The notes under the pieces are model-generated. The model was not told the origin of the DNA, searched no databases, and saw nothing but the letters and a program-made list of their open reading frames with translations. From positions 224,001 to 288,000 of IMG/VR virus record IMGVR_UViG_3300015615_000629: a DNA stretch of 64,000 nucleotides. One strand, 5' to 3'. The position numbers and the translations under genes are program-made. Origin of the DNA: a virus (Duplodnaviria; Heunggongvirae; Uroviricota; Caudoviricetes). Below are positions 1 to 10,426 of the stretch, in pieces. Each line of letters begins with the position of its first letter. The first letter of the stretch is position 1.

Positions 1-1157
1 TTGGGCTGATTTTGGATGCGATTTACATGATATTCTGTTTCTTCATCGGGAACTAGAATATAAGCATCACCTCTAGGATCATATCCAGGGCGTCCAGAAC
101 GTCCAATTTCTTGAAGAATATCGTAAGTTTCGACTTCGGCTAAGCCTCGATGAACGCCAACAATAATTACACGGCGGGCAGGGAGGTTACAGCCCCATGC
201 CACGGTACTAGTAGCCACCAAAACATCTAATTCTCTTGTCCTGAAAGCGTTTTCAATACGATGCCTGTCTGTTTTGTCCAAATCCGCACTATGAAACTCT
301 ACTTTCTTACCTAATGCTTTAATTCTATGTAAGATAATCTCACCAGTGCGTTTGGTGTGAACAAACACCAAAAATCTATCTTCGGGATATCTCTTAAGCA
401 CTTCTAACGCAGTAAGAACCTTTTCCTCTTCGTTGTCATCGTAATTTCTTTGGTGTTCATAGGTTTCAAAATGAACACTTAAAGGACAGGGCCGCCAGTT
501 GGACTGGAGAAGATACGTGTTTTTACCATTAAGAACATAACTCGCCCATTCGGCCATTTCATTAGAGTTTGGAATCGTGGCAGACAGCAAACAAAGCCTA
601 CAAGTAGGATTCATTTTGCAGAATTTCATTAACGATATTTCAACATGATCGCCACGTGAAGGAGCACCACAAATATGGAATTCATCCTCTATTAAGACAC
701 CCACATCTAGCAAAAATTTATTGTTTTCTGATTTGAAGTTACGGACTCTAGAACTTAACATTTCTGGAGTCATTACGATAATATCTGCTTCCTCCAATTC
801 CTTCTTTCTGGTAGCAGTTAGTTGATAGTCGCCGGTGCAAATAGAGATTTTTAAATCGCCAAAGTGATGGTTTTCATCCGCCCAATCGTCCAATTTCTCC
901 TTTGCCAGAGCCTTCATTGGAGCGATATAAATGGCTTTACGTTTGTTTTTACGAATTTCATGAGCCGCCAACATCTCGGCAATTACTGTTTTGCCAGTGG
1001 AAGTGCTCGCGGCGACAACAAGGTTGCAATCTTCGGAATAAACCTCAAAAGCCCTGCTTTGAACTTGATTAAAGTTCTCAAAGGGAAACTTCCCCAAAGG
1101 GAAATTCTTTGTAGGTACTAATTCTTTCTGGTCAGTTATTTTAATAATCGGTGGCAT
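1..1157 (-). CDS. Ski2/Hel308-like SF2 helicase (3' end runs off window)
   Basis: Not in the ORF track; hand-translated from ATG at 1157: MPPIIK...FNQVQSRAF...NLVVAASTSTGKTVIAE (Q-motif and Walker A), IDEFH (motif II), LSAT (motif III), QEIGRSGRPGYD (motif VI). Confidence 0.9.
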   Translation of the reverse strand, partial: MPPIIKITDQKELVPTKNFPLGKFPFENFNQVQSRAFEVYSEDCNLVVAASTSTGKTVIAEMLAAHEIRKNKRKAIYIAPMKALAKEKLDDWADENHHFGDLKISICTGDYQLTATRKKELEEADIIVMTPEMLSSRVRNFKSENNKFLLDVGVLIEDEFHICGAPSRGDHVEISLMKFCKMNPTCRLCLLSATIPNSNEMAEWASYVLNGKNTYLLQSNWRPCPLSVHFETYEHQRNYDDNEEEKVLTALEVLKRYPEDRFLVFVHTKRTGEIILHRIKALGKKVEFHSADLDKTDRHRIENAFRTRELDVLVATSTVAWGCNLPARRVIIVGVHRGLAEVETYDILQEIGRSGRPGYDPRGDAYILVPDEETEYHVNRIQNQP

Positions 1158-1167
1158 TATATAGGTT

Positions 1168-1560
1168 ATGACTCCAAAACCAATCTATACTTTGGTTGCA
1201 CTTCTCTCAATAGCAATTCTTTATATTTACAACCAGAAACATAATAAACCGAATTTTTCACCTGTTTCAGCGGAAACGCAAGCTCCAAGACTCGTAATTA
1301 ACGACCAAGGAGAAATTACCAATGCGGGCGATTTACTTGAAGATATAGAATGGGACAAAGGCAAAAAATCCATTATTGTATTTAGTCCAGAGCCTTTCTT
1401 GGTAGTTTCACCCTATCCAAGAATGTATAAAGGCGAATGCCTCCTAGAAGCAACGCTCCTAAGAGGCACTGAGCCCGCGTACAAAGAAAGGGTTATCTAT
1501 AATATCAAACCAACCGAGGAATCGGAATGGCTATCAATTAGAGGCAGAGTAGAACGCTAA
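1168..1560 (+). CDS. hypothetical protein, N-terminal membrane anchor
   Basis: 130-aa ORF with hydrophobic N-terminus; TATATA 4 nt before ATG. Confidence 0.7.
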   Translation: MTPKPIYTLVALLSIAILYIYNQKHNKPNFSPVSAETQAPRLVINDQGEITNAGDLLEDIEWDKGKKSIIVFSPEPFLVVSPYPRMYKGECLLEATLLRGTEPAYKERVIYNIKPTEESEWLSIRGRVER

Positions 1561-1811
1561 ACTTCTACACCGAATCTGGCATCATGCTCTTTAAAGACAA
1601 AATTGCCGACATATTCGAGCATATCAAACCATTCATCTGGCGAAACGGCTGATTGCAGCCATTTGTCGATGTTTTTCTCGACAGCCAAGCGGTCGGAAAT
1701 TTCTGGGCGGTCTCCGCAAAGATTCTGTTTGTAACGAACGTAAAGATAGATCAAATCATCATCTGAAATACGGCGTACAAACTCTCTTAACATAGCATCG
1801 GACTTCTTCAT
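1557..1811 (-). CDS. hypothetical protein
   Basis: 84-aa ORF tiling with neighbours. Confidence 0.7.
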   Translation of the reverse strand: MKKSDAMLREFVRRISDDDLIYLYVRYKQNLCGDRPEISDRLAVEKNIDKWLQSAVSPDEWFDMLEYVGNFVFKEHDARFGVEV

Positions 1812-2030
1812 ATGAATAACCTCATAAACAAAGAAAAACTTGAAAATTTACTTGTCGCACACTGGACAGAATTTATAAACATTCAAGAACTACTCAAATA
1901 TTTGGGACATCCCAATAAAAAGGTACAAAAACTCACCATTTCCCGTTTTGAGCGAACAAATACGGGATTTATAGTATGGCTTGAATTTCTTCTAGACGGA
2001 ATAGAAACTACCAGGGAGATATTGCTTTAA
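1812..2030 (+). CDS. hypothetical protein
   Basis: 72-aa ORF fills the gap; starts head-to-head (CATATG) with the minus-strand gene. Confidence 0.55.
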   Translation: MNNLINKEKLENLLVAHWTEFINIQELLKYLGHPNKKVQKLTISRFERTNTGFIVWLEFLLDGIETTREILL

Positions 2031-2329
2031 ACAATATCAAACACTTTAATTTCATGTCCTGAATTATCTAAAATACTATCTTCGAAAACTATTCTACTAT
2101 CTTGTTTCATGAACCGCAAGCCCAAATTATAGGAGTCAATAGACACCGTTCTATCATCTTGGGTGGCAATTACCCATGAGTAATTATCACACTTTTCAAG
2201 GTCTCCAGAACGTCCTTCTTTGGTAACTCCAACTTCAAGAATAATGCCATCCGGAAGCACCAATTCTATGTGACCTTCTTCTCTAAGGTGGGTAATGAGA
2301 AGGTGTTGGATCTTGTCCTTTTTGGTCAT
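2027..2329 (-). CDS. hypothetical protein
   Basis: 100-aa ORF with strong SD (AGGAGG) upstream. Confidence 0.75.
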   Translation of the reverse strand: MTKKDKIQHLLITHLREEGHIELVLPDGIILEVGVTKEGRSGDLEKCDNYSWVIATQDDRTVSIDSYNLGLRFMKQDSRIVFEDSILDNSGHEIKVFDIV

Positions 2330-2360
2330 ATTAACCTCCTAAATATACAAATATTTAGTG

Positions 2361-2804
2361 TTAATACAATGTGACCTTATCAGGAGAAATGTAAGTATAT
2401 CTAAAACCTTCGTGGTTGCAGCGTTCCCCTGGAATGTTGTGCGGTCTAGGCTTGCCAGCCTTATCCAAGCAAATCGTCCAAATATAGATTTTTCTACCTT
2501 CTTTGAACACTTCAATCAGCGATAGTTCATGTCCGCCAAGAGCTTTTCTAGCAAGTTTTACAAGAAAATGGAATGGCAAAAAAGGTTGATTTAATCCATA
2601 CACCTGGAAGGTTTCGAGCATGTATTTTTCATATTCGGCTTTGCTATAGCGAATGCAAATATTGTATCCATCAACTGTAGTTTCGATGCTCTTAAGTGCT
2701 TCTACATCTTGCTCTTCCGTCGCCGAAGCCTTTGGGAAGTTATAAGAGATCAGATGCTCGCCCAAGGCTCTGAGTTCTTCTATGGTTTCATCGAAACTCT
2801 TCAT
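2361..2804 (-). CDS. hypothetical protein
   Basis: 147-aa ORF; TAGATA 5 nt before ATG. Confidence 0.75.
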   Translation of the reverse strand: MKSFDETIEELRALGEHLISYNFPKASATEEQDVEALKSIETTVDGYNICIRYSKAEYEKYMLETFQVYGLNQPFLPFHFLVKLARKALGGHELSLIEVFKEGRKIYIWTICLDKAGKPRPHNIPGERCNHEGFRYTYISPDKVTLY

Positions 2805-2812
2805 ATGATTAT

Positions 2813-3637
2813 CTACTTATATGATTTGTAATTTTCCGACCAAATGCCGTCAAGTGCTTTATTGTCCTTAATTCTTTTCAAAAACCAGTTTTTCAAATCT
2901 TGTTCTAATGGTATTTTATTAAAAAAGTCACTTCTTTCCAGCCACAGAAGAGAACTCCACTTATCCCCAGACTTATACTTTTTAGGGGTTGGAAAGTCTT
3001 TTACTGTCTCTACAAAATTAAGGAGTAAAAGAGTCCAGTTTTTCACCAAAAGAGGATCGAGTTTCGATTCCGCTAGTCTAAATTCTATAGTACAGCGGCT
3101 ACCGTTTACCATATGGATAGTATTAATTGAGAAATACTTATTAACCCCCAATTTATGGATGAGTTTATCGGGGCGAATGTCCATATTATGGGAAAACCAA
3201 GGATGCAAGCCTATACAACGGCAATAACGGTTATGTTTTCTATATGGTGGTACAGAATCGAAGAAAATTGGCTCGAATTTAATCCAATAAGCAAGAATCT
3301 TGGCTATTTGTCTTTGAGGCATATCCCCGACATTGATATGGACATGCAAAGCACAGCGATTATCGGTTTGAATTCCTGCTTCTCTTAAAGAATCGACTAT
3401 TTTAGCAGTTTCATGAATTTCTCGATAGGAATTCATGACAGGTGAACAAATCTCGAAACCACAACTATTATCTGGCTTTATTATCCAAATATCATTATTG
3501 TGGGTTTGTTCATGTAATCTAACTTGGGCTGGATGTCCTAAGAGTTTAATGGTTTGGCAGGCATTCATTTGAGGCTTTATGTCTTTACCATTAGCCTCGA
3601 TTTCTATACCGAAACTCCTATTGTACAGATTTTGCAT
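2813..3637 (-). CDS. putative amidoligase (COOH-NH2 ligase, Amidoligase_2-like)
   Basis: Motifs SFGIEIE, KPDNS..FEICSP, CALHVHI, KY.SIN, TIEFR. Confidence 0.85.
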   Translation of the reverse strand: MQNLYNRSFGIEIEANGKDIKPQMNACQTIKLLGHPAQVRLHEQTHNNDIWIIKPDNSCGFEICSPVMNSYREIHETAKIVDSLREAGIQTDNRCALHVHINVGDMPQRQIAKILAYWIKFEPIFFDSVPPYRKHNRYCRCIGLHPWFSHNMDIRPDKLIHKLGVNKYFSINTIHMVNGSRCTIEFRLAESKLDPLLVKNWTLLLLNFVETVKDFPTPKKYKSGDKWSSLLWLERSDFFNKIPLEQDLKNWFLKRIKDNKALDGIWSENYKSYK

Positions 3638-3654
3638 TTTGGTACAATTTGGAA

Positions 3655-3858
3655 ATGATTAAAAACAATTGTGTATGCACTATGGTTCGCTTACCAAACG
3701 AACAAACCTTCTTTACATTCAGAAGGAACTACAGAAAGTTAATCGAATTCGCCAACTTATTCAATGCCGAATTGTCCATTGTTAAGGTAAAAGAAGCAGA
3801 AGTTCTTACTCTTCAAGAATTATCATCTGTGATAAGCGAAAACAAATTGTGTAGTTAA
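3655..3858 (+). CDS. hypothetical protein
   Basis: ATG 6 nt after extended -10 TGgTACAAT (3640-3648). Confidence 0.65.
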   Translation: MIKNNCVCTMVRLPNEQTFFTFRRNYRKLIEFANLFNAELSIVKVKEAEVLTLQELSSVISENKLCS

Positions 3859-3894
3859 GTTCGAATTCACTTTTTGTAGCGTTATTCCAGTCCA

Positions 3895-5529
3895 TTATGT
3901 TAATTGGTATTTACTAGAAGAACCTTTACCACTTTCTATGCTGTCTATTACGTAGTTGAGACGTTCTTTTTGGATTGGATGCTCTGCGGCTTCTAACTTT
4001 TGCTTTAGAAAAGGTAAGAATTCTCTACCATTAATCCCGAGTTTAGACAATCCATAGTAGAAACCCCAGCCATTCATGAAGTCGAAAGCACTCATTATCA
4101 TCCTATAAAAACCGATTACTGTGGGGGTATCGGTTCCTGTGCTACCGAATAAATTGGCAACATTTTCATATACATGATGCGGACTTACTCCAAGTGCTTT
4201 ATGAAGTCTAGCAACTTCAGATACTATCTTTTGAGTAATCGGCTCTGGAATTGGCTTGTATATCTGTAGGCGGTCAAAGATATCATTGATGGACCCTACG
4301 TTACGCCAATACTCTGCTGGGTCTTTTATTATCAAATCTATTTTTTGACTAAGATCATTAGTAATTTGATTTTGAGCCAAATTTTTCAATACCGGATTAA
4401 ATTTATCAAATTTGTTGGCCACCCTAGTTTGTATATGACTAGATAATTTTTCAAATATTTCCGGTGAGATTACATCGGCCAAGGCTTCGAAATTGGTGTA
4501 CTCGATTAAATCCGGACGTTCAATAATAAGATTTCGAATTGCTTCTAACACTTCAGGCGACCATTTCTTATGTGGCCTGCTTAAAAACATGGCCAATGCT
4601 CGCTCTCCCATTTGTAATCCAACTGGACTCAAAACTTTTGTCTTCTCCAACATTTTCAAAATGTTGTAGTCGGTTGGGGCCGGAGTAACAAAGTGATCGC
4701 TGCCAAAGGTGTCTGAATAAGGGCCACCTTTTTTAATGTATCTTCCTGGTTTTATCTTGCCCTGCTTCGATTCAATCCACTTCTTTACCGTTTCCATAAA
4801 ACCTGGAACTGGGTCGCCATAAATAGACTCTTCAGGGATTGCTATAGACTTTCCAGATTTGCTTGAAAACCTTCTGATTAATATTCTTGCTTTTGCATCT
4901 TTAATACGAGTCCACTCTGGAGATTCTTTTGATCTTAATTCCTTGGCATAAGGGTCAAGAACGGCAGGAAGCAAATAGGCAACAAATCCACCATTTTTAA
5001 TTTCACAATAAACGGTCTTTCTGTTCTCTCCATCATCTAAATTCATACAAGAAGTCCAGTTTTGATCTGTAGACATTCGAGCGATATCGTGGATATTAGA
5101 TGAAATTACTACTTCATATTTCGCTTGTCCTTTACCAATCCGTGCTGGAGAATTTTCGAAGTCGTTCAGCAAATCCTTGTAATAATTATTAGCCATCCTT
5201 TGCTCATCTCTGAACTTACGTTCAGAATACTCGTCTTTTTTGGCTTCAATCTCTCTTAAATCCTTTTTCCATGCGGCATTAATTAATTTTCCAATTTTGA
5301 AAATGTTTTTGCCTTTTTGAGCCAATCCGGCAGAATAATCGGTTATTTCATAACCAGCGTCTTTGAGAAAATCAACCACAGATTTATCTGTTTTGTTTCG
5401 ACGGTATAATGGAAGATATATCCGTTCAGTTGGAAACCAGTCTTTAAAGGCAAAACTTCTATTTGAGGCAGCAGAAATTACCTTATCGACATGTTGAGAA
5501 TAATCTTCGAGCCAAAGCCTGAAATCCAC
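3895..5529 (-). CDS. hypothetical phage protein with MDFRLWLE N-terminal motif and W-x-SCM domain
   Basis: 544-aa ORF, SD AGGAG; DIARMS...WTSCM...VAYL...ARILIR pattern. Confidence 0.75.
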   Translation of the reverse strand: MDFRLWLEDYSQHVDKVISAASNRSFAFKDWFPTERIYLPLYRRNKTDKSVVDFLKDAGYEITDYSAGLAQKGKNIFKIGKLINAAWKKDLREIEAKKDEYSERKFRDEQRMANNYYKDLLNDFENSPARIGKGQAKYEVVISSNIHDIARMSTDQNWTSCMNLDDGENRKTVYCEIKNGGFVAYLLPAVLDPYAKELRSKESPEWTRIKDAKARILIRRFSSKSGKSIAIPEESIYGDPVPGFMETVKKWIESKQGKIKPGRYIKKGGPYSDTFGSDHFVTPAPTDYNILKMLEKTKVLSPVGLQMGERALAMFLSRPHKKWSPEVLEAIRNLIIERPDLIEYTNFEALADVISPEIFEKLSSHIQTRVANKFDKFNPVLKNLAQNQITNDLSQKIDLIIKDPAEYWRNVGSINDIFDRLQIYKPIPEPITQKIVSEVARLHKALGVSPHHVYENVANLFGSTGTDTPTVIGFYRMIMSAFDFMNGWGFYYGLSKLGINGREFLPFLKQKLEAAEHPIQKERLNYVIDSIESGKGSSSKYQLT

Positions 5530-5540
5530 ATTATTCTCCT

Positions 5541-6017
5541 CTATCGTTTTTTATAATCTCTAAACGATTTCAATCCAGTTCTTTGCTCAACAGGCTTATC
5601 TTTCTGCTCAACAATGGGTTCTTCTTCAGTTTTCTGAACTATTCTATTGAGTTGAATCTTAGTTTGAACGGGTTCTGTTTCTTCGTTCTTTTTAGAAAAA
5701 CTAATTTCTACAGAATTCTTAAGGTTTACTTGAGCTTCATACAATTTGAAATAGGTGGAATCGGCAATTGCCTCAACCACCAATCTGCCTTCTTTATTAT
5801 CAAATTCCTTGAGTTTGGGAATGTGTATTTCGCAGGTGCCGTCTTCTTTTATATTTCCGTAAAAGAACAAGTTTTTATTGTCTTCAAATTCTAAACATAA
5901 TCTTATTTCTACCGAATCCTTGGAGGCTCCATCGATAGCGATGTTACAATTAAAGGTTTCTCCTTTATTTTTGTAAATCGTTAGGCTGTCTACCTTTGGG
6001 TTATTTTCGTTTTGCAT
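5541..6017 (-). CDS. hypothetical protein (possible virion protein)
   Basis: ORF downstream of structural genes; ends LKSFRDYKKR. Confidence 0.65.
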   Translation of the reverse strand: MQNENNPKVDSLTIYKNKGETFNCNIAIDGASKDSVEIRLCLEFEDNKNLFFYGNIKEDGTCEIHIPKLKEFDNKEGRLVVEAIADSTYFKLYEAQVNLKNSVEISFSKKNEETEPVQTKIQLNRIVQKTEEEPIVEQKDKPVEQRTGLKSFRDYKKR

Positions 6018-7716
6018 ATTTTTGTCCAATATTCGATAAAATCAGCTTAGGCATTTGGGGATTATACCCTACTAAAGTCACGTTATCCGCAGACAATGCC
6101 ACGCTTTCTTTAACTTCTCTAATATGTTCGTATATATTGTTTTTATACTTAAATTTAATAGTTATTATTCGACCAACAGACCTGTTAGAACCAATAAACG
6201 CACCAACAACAGAACCGCGACCCAAGTCGTATCGGTACGGATTGGAACCTGGCTTTGCGGGAGCGGGGATGATGGTTGCTTCGGCAAATAGATTAGATTC
6301 ACAGTTAAAAGGAACAGATGTGTCAATTCTTGATACAGTTCCGTCTGCATTTAACTGTGAATCGACCGATAAATTAGCCGAACCACTATAATCCACAAAA
6401 GCATTAGCGGCTAAAGAGGATGCACCTTCGATAAAGGAAATAGCAGATATTGCAAGTTCCGCAATGGGATCGCAGCTTGAATCTCCACTAAGATTACATT
6501 GACCACCCTTGAAAAGGTGGGCGGAAGCCGTTATTGACGAATTTCCTTCAATGCTCGTCGAAGCATTATGTAAAACACTACCAGAACAGACTATTGAAGA
6601 TTCGCCGTTTAAACTGACAGTTGCAGTATGGGCAACCGTTGCCGTAGCAGTTAAACTACTATCTCCGCTTAATATCGCACTACTAGACGAATTTTGAACC
6701 GTCCCAGCAGCAAAGAGTGAAGAATCACATTCCAAACTCACTTCAGCAAGATGTAAAACTTCGGAATTAACAGTTAAACTAGAATCTGCATCTAAAGAAC
6801 AATTACCAACAAAATCACATATAGCAACCGAACTTAATGTTGAAGTGCCATCAAGTGTTACGGCCGCCGCATAGACTACTGCAGAATTAACAGTTAAACT
6901 AGAATCTGCATCTAAAGAACAATTACCAACAAAATCACATATAGCAACCGAACTTAATGTTGTATTGACTGCTAAATTAACGGATGCAGTATGTGCTACA
7001 CTTGAATCTACGCTGAATGTTGCGGTATTTTCAAATGTACAACCACCTTCAAATAACAAGCCAGCCGCAGATGATAAAGTTGAATTTACAGACAATGCAG
7101 ATGTAGCAGTATGTGCCACAAACGCATTTACACTTAATGTTGCAGTGCTGTCAAGCGTTACAGCAGCCACGTAAGAAACTTCGGAATTAACAGTTAAACT
7201 AGAATCTGCATCTAAAGAACAATCGCCGACAAAATCGCATACAGCAACCGAACTTAACGTTGAAGTGCTATCAAGAGTAGATGTGGCAGTATGTGCTACA
7301 AATGAATCGACACTTAACGTTGAAGTGCTATCAAGAGTAGATGTAGTAGTATGTAAAACTTCGGAATTAACACTTAAACTAGAATCTGCATCTAAAGAAC
7401 AATCACCAACAAAATCACATACAGCAACAGAGCCTAATGTTGCAGTGACTGCCAAATTGACAGTTGCACCATGTTGTACGTTTGAATCGACACTTAAAGT
7501 TGCAGTGCTATCAAGAGTAGATGTGGCGGTATGAGCCACAAATGAATCGGCACTTAATGTTGAAGTTGCATCTAAACTGGCACTACCGTTATGAGTAGTG
7601 CCAGATGACACCTCTTGAGGGATAAAAGGCCGACGTTTTCTTCTATAAACTACCCGTAAGAAATTCCTGGGAAAGGAATTTCCAGAATTATAATATTCTG
7701 ACGGGTCTAGAGGCAT
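6001..7716 (-). CDS. Ser/Ala/Thr-rich repeat virion/tail-fibre-like protein
   Basis: About 20-aa periodic repeats (e.g. AVCDFVGDCSLDADSSLTVNSEV); adjacent to structural-like genes. Confidence 0.7.
   Translation of the reverse strand: MPLDPSEYYNSGNSFPRNFLRVVYRRKRRPFIPQEVSSGTTHNGSASLDATSTLSADSFVAHTATSTLDSTATLSVDSNVQHGATVNLAVTATLGSVAVCDFVGDCSLDADSSLSVNSEVLHTTTSTLDSTSTLSVDSFVAHTATSTLDSTSTLSSVAVCDFVGDCSLDADSSLTVNSEVSYVAAVTLDSTATLSVNAFVAHTATSALSVNSTLSSAAGLLFEGGCTFENTATFSVDSSVAHTASVNLAVNTTLSSVAICDFVGNCSLDADSSLTVNSAVVYAAAVTLDGTSTLSSVAICDFVGNCSLDADSSLTVNSEVLHLAEVSLECDSSLFAAGTVQNSSSSAILSGDSSLTATATVAHTATVSLNGESSIVCSGSVLHNASTSIEGNSSITASAHLFKGGQCNLSGDSSCDPIAELAISAISFIEGASSLAANAFVDYSGSANLSVDSQLNADGTVSRIDTSVPFNCESNLFAEATIIPAPAKPGSNPYRYDLGRGSVVGAFIGSNRSVGRIITIKFKYKNNIYEHIREVKESVALSADNVTLVGYNPQMPKLILSNIGQKYAKRK
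6760..7560. repeat. intragenic 60/120-bp tandem repeats
   Basis: Near-identical block gaattaaca(g/c)ttaaactagaatctgcatctaaagaacaat at ~6764, 6884, 7184 and 7364. Confidence 0.85.
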
Positions 7717-7733
7717 TCTATTATCTAGTTAGA

Positions 7734-8165
7734 TTATGCCAATGTAACATCTAAATCATTCGTAGAAAAAGTAAATGTATCTCCGCTAGTAACTGTCTTA
7801 GAAACAGACAAAGTGCCATAAAACAATAAATTTCCGGCATCATAAGTAGCACTATCTGTGATAGCCACAGCCACTATCGTGCCCCAGCTGCCAGATGCAG
7901 TTGGAAACGTAATATCTGAAAGATTAGAGGTTGCTCCGGAAGAAATTGCCGCCCAATTAGCATCATCTGGGTCTAAGGTTTGCCTTGCATAACTACCAGA
8001 ATTGGGAACTTCATTGCCGGTACTAGTGGAAAATTCGCCAGTATCATTTGCATCGGCTGCTGTTGTCAATAAAGCAATAGCAAGTGTTGTCGGCTTGCTA
8101 AAAGTCCCATCCCTAAATATATGAGTTAATACTTGTCCACGCAAATAATCAGACATTGCTGCCAT
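7734..8165 (-). CDS. small virion structural protein (tail/fibre-associated family)
   Basis: Pattern SDYL...YARQ...ITFPTA.GSWGT...GNLLFYG.L...KTV.SGD typical of phage structural proteins; SD AGGAG. Confidence 0.75.
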   Translation of the reverse strand: MAAMSDYLRGQVLTHIFRDGTFSKPTTLAIALLTTAADANDTGEFSTSTGNEVPNSGSYARQTLDPDDANWAAISSGATSNLSDITFPTASGSWGTIVAVAITDSATYDAGNLLFYGTLSVSKTVTSGDTFTFSTNDLDVTLA

Positions 8166-8198
8166 AGTTTAAATCTCCTGTATCTATATTAGTGTGTT

Positions 8199-8666
8199 TT
8201 ATCCGATTTCTCTAAAAGTAATCTGAACGGTACAATCAAAAGAAGCCGATGGATTAGCCGTTAATTTAAGCCCGACTGTAGCGGATGGAGGTATAATCGA
8301 TCTTTCTTCTGGCAATGGATCATACCTATAACCGGCTAAATTATTAAATCCTTGCTTATCTATTGCGTTTGCGGCATAAGTTGGCTCACTCGCTGTAACA
8401 TTATAAGCAACAGTGGCACTTGTATTTGCACTACCAACTTCCGTTTTAGTCACGGCAGAAGCAGCTAAATCAGACTTAGTTGGCGTTCCAAGGCTAGTTA
8501 CACGAGCCAAAGCCGCCTCCATCTGGGAGGAAGTGCTGTTAGTTCGATTTGTGACAGTAGCTTCTAATATTTCTATACACATTGTCGAAGGGGCTGTAAT
8601 ATACATTAATGTTTTAGCCGCACTTACGCTGCTGATATCTACGCTGGCGATGTATACGTCTCTCAT
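8199..8666 (-). CDS. putative virion structural protein
   Basis: S/T/A-rich beta-type 155-aa ORF in the structural cluster. Confidence 0.65.
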   Translation of the reverse strand: MRDVYIASVDISSVSAAKTLMYITAPSTMCIEILEATVTNRTNSTSSQMEAALARVTSLGTPTKSDLAASAVTKTEVGSANTSATVAYNVTASEPTYAANAIDKQGFNNLAGYRYDPLPEERSIIPPSATVGLKLTANPSASFDCTVQITFREIG

Positions 8667-10099
8667 CTAACTCTCCTTACCTTTTGCACTACTGTATTTG
8701 CTATGCTTTGATATGCTCCAACACTTGGATACGACGTAAAAGTCTTAGAATATCCACTTAATTGGAGAAAATTCCCACGCCCCATATTTATGGATTCCCC
8801 GTTAATTATTCTAAAGTCACCATTGGCGGCATCTGCATATGGATTATAAGAATAATCAATAGCACCAGAAATAACATAATTTGTTGCAGCACGAGGAGTA
8901 CCATTTCCATAAAAACCACAATTTATTATAAGTCCGGATGTTAAATTAGGATTTGAATTTACAACTGAAACGCCATTTCCGGTATTGTTTACAAAGTTGC
9001 AATTTTCAATATAAACAGTTCCACGAGCACTTCCACCAGATGATGTGGTATCTCTAAAACCATCAACTGCATTTCCGTAAGAATCGCAATTTACTAAACA
9101 TACAGGAGCGGTTCCGCCAGTGTTAAGAACAAACCCAGAACCTCCATTTGTGTCAGCAATGCAGCCAATTAAAGAACAACCCACAGCACCACTTGAATTT
9201 ATCATATATCCTGGTCTGGCTGTATTGCCTGTGCTATCATGTGACACGCATCTTACTAAACATCCACTTGTCACAAGAAAATTACCAGAAGCAGTGTTAT
9301 TTACAGTATTGCAAACATAAGCTTCGCATTCTACAAGCAAGCCCCCTTGGATAGTACACCCCGCACCCCATGCATTACGAAATGCACAATTATAAATTGT
9401 CGAGTTGTTCGTACCACCAGCACCCGTGCTAAACATAGCAACATGCCCGCCAGAGGTGCCATTAGAATCAAGAATCATATTTTTGATAAAAATTCCACTA
9501 GCGGTGGTTCCAAATAGTTGTATGGCCGTCCCGCTTGTTGGACCTTTGATGAGAAAACGGCCACCATCTCCAACCGAACTGGTATAACCTTCTATGGTAA
9601 TTGGACCATTATTGGCCATGTTCCCGCCAGCACCCGTCAACGTATAATCTGTTGTAGTGTTATCTCCGGTTCCTTTCACGTTCACTCTAACTGGATTAGA
9701 ACTGGTATTAACTGCTGCATTGGTAATAAAACTAAGTGGAAAAATGCTGGCCGCGTTAGGGCCAGCCCAAGCTCCGCCAATTTTACAAGTCCTACCCGTC
9801 GCACCAGTAGTAGTGGTGCCCGATCTAGCCGTTGTACTTATGTCGATGCTTGCTCCACCACCATTAATGGCTGTAACTCGGCCTATTAATGTGGTGACAG
9901 TGGCGGCGTCTAGATAAATGCTGGCAAATTCACCAACAGAAACGCCAGAAAATGGAGTACCAGAAGCCGCTGTGAAACGATTAGCAGCGGCGTTACCCCA
10001 ATCGCCATTTGCACTAGTGACAGATGCACTATCGGCTGTAGTAGAGCCGGCATTTAGATTACTGCCGGTAGATTGGACATAAAACTCGGTAAAAGCCAT
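8663..10099 (-). CDS. right-handed beta-helix (pectin-lyase-like) virion/tailspike-like protein
   Basis: Repeated xxNC/GC..N..xG units; G/S/T/N-rich. Confidence 0.7.
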   Translation of the reverse strand: MAFTEFYVQSTGSNLNAGSTTADSASVTSANGDWGNAAANRFTAASGTPFSGVSVGEFASIYLDAATVTTLIGRVTAINGGGASIDISTTARSGTTTTGATGRTCKIGGAWAGPNAASIFPLSFITNAAVNTSSNPVRVNVKGTGDNTTTDYTLTGAGGNMANNGPITIEGYTSSVGDGGRFLIKGPTSGTAIQLFGTTASGIFIKNMILDSNGTSGGHVAMFSTGAGGTNNSTIYNCAFRNAWGAGCTIQGGLLVECEAYVCNTVNNTASGNFLVTSGCLVRCVSHDSTGNTARPGYMINSSGAVGCSLIGCIADTNGGSGFVLNTGGTAPVCLVNCDSYGNAVDGFRDTTSSGGSARGTVYIENCNFVNNTGNGVSVVNSNPNLTSGLIINCGFYGNGTPRAATNYVISGAIDYSYNPYADAANGDFRIINGESINMGRGNFLQLSGYSKTFTSYPSVGAYQSIANTVVQKVRRVR

Positions 10100-10120
10100 T
10101 TACCTATATATGAGTAACAA

Positions 10121-10426
10121 CTATTCATTAAATCCAACCAATCTCTGAATTGGACTGCCCAATAATTTAGTGCGTGCCTCTGCCCTCTTGTCGAATTCCT
10201 GCTTGACGGCGATTGCCTTAGCCAATCTAACTTCGGCCATACCGTCATCATCTGGAAAATACCAGCCTTCAGGGTCATCGTCTGTAACAACATCGAAATA
10301 ACCCGTGCCATCGTCATTTCGGGTCGCTCTAAGACATAAACCTAACGGATGAAAGAACTTACGGTTTGCTTCTTGAAGAAAACCGCCATCGCAAAATTCT
10401 TTGACATTCATAATCTTATCGGTCAT
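10121..10426 (-). CDS. hypothetical phage protein
   Basis: 101-aa ORF, ATGA overlap with upstream gene; G.LQEANR.FFHPLGL motif. Confidence 0.7.
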   Translation of the reverse strand: MTDKIMNVKEFCDGGFLQEANRKFFHPLGLCLRATRNDDGTGYFDVVTDDDPEGWYFPDDDGMAEVRLAKAIAVKQEFDKRAEARTKLLGSPIQRLVGFNE

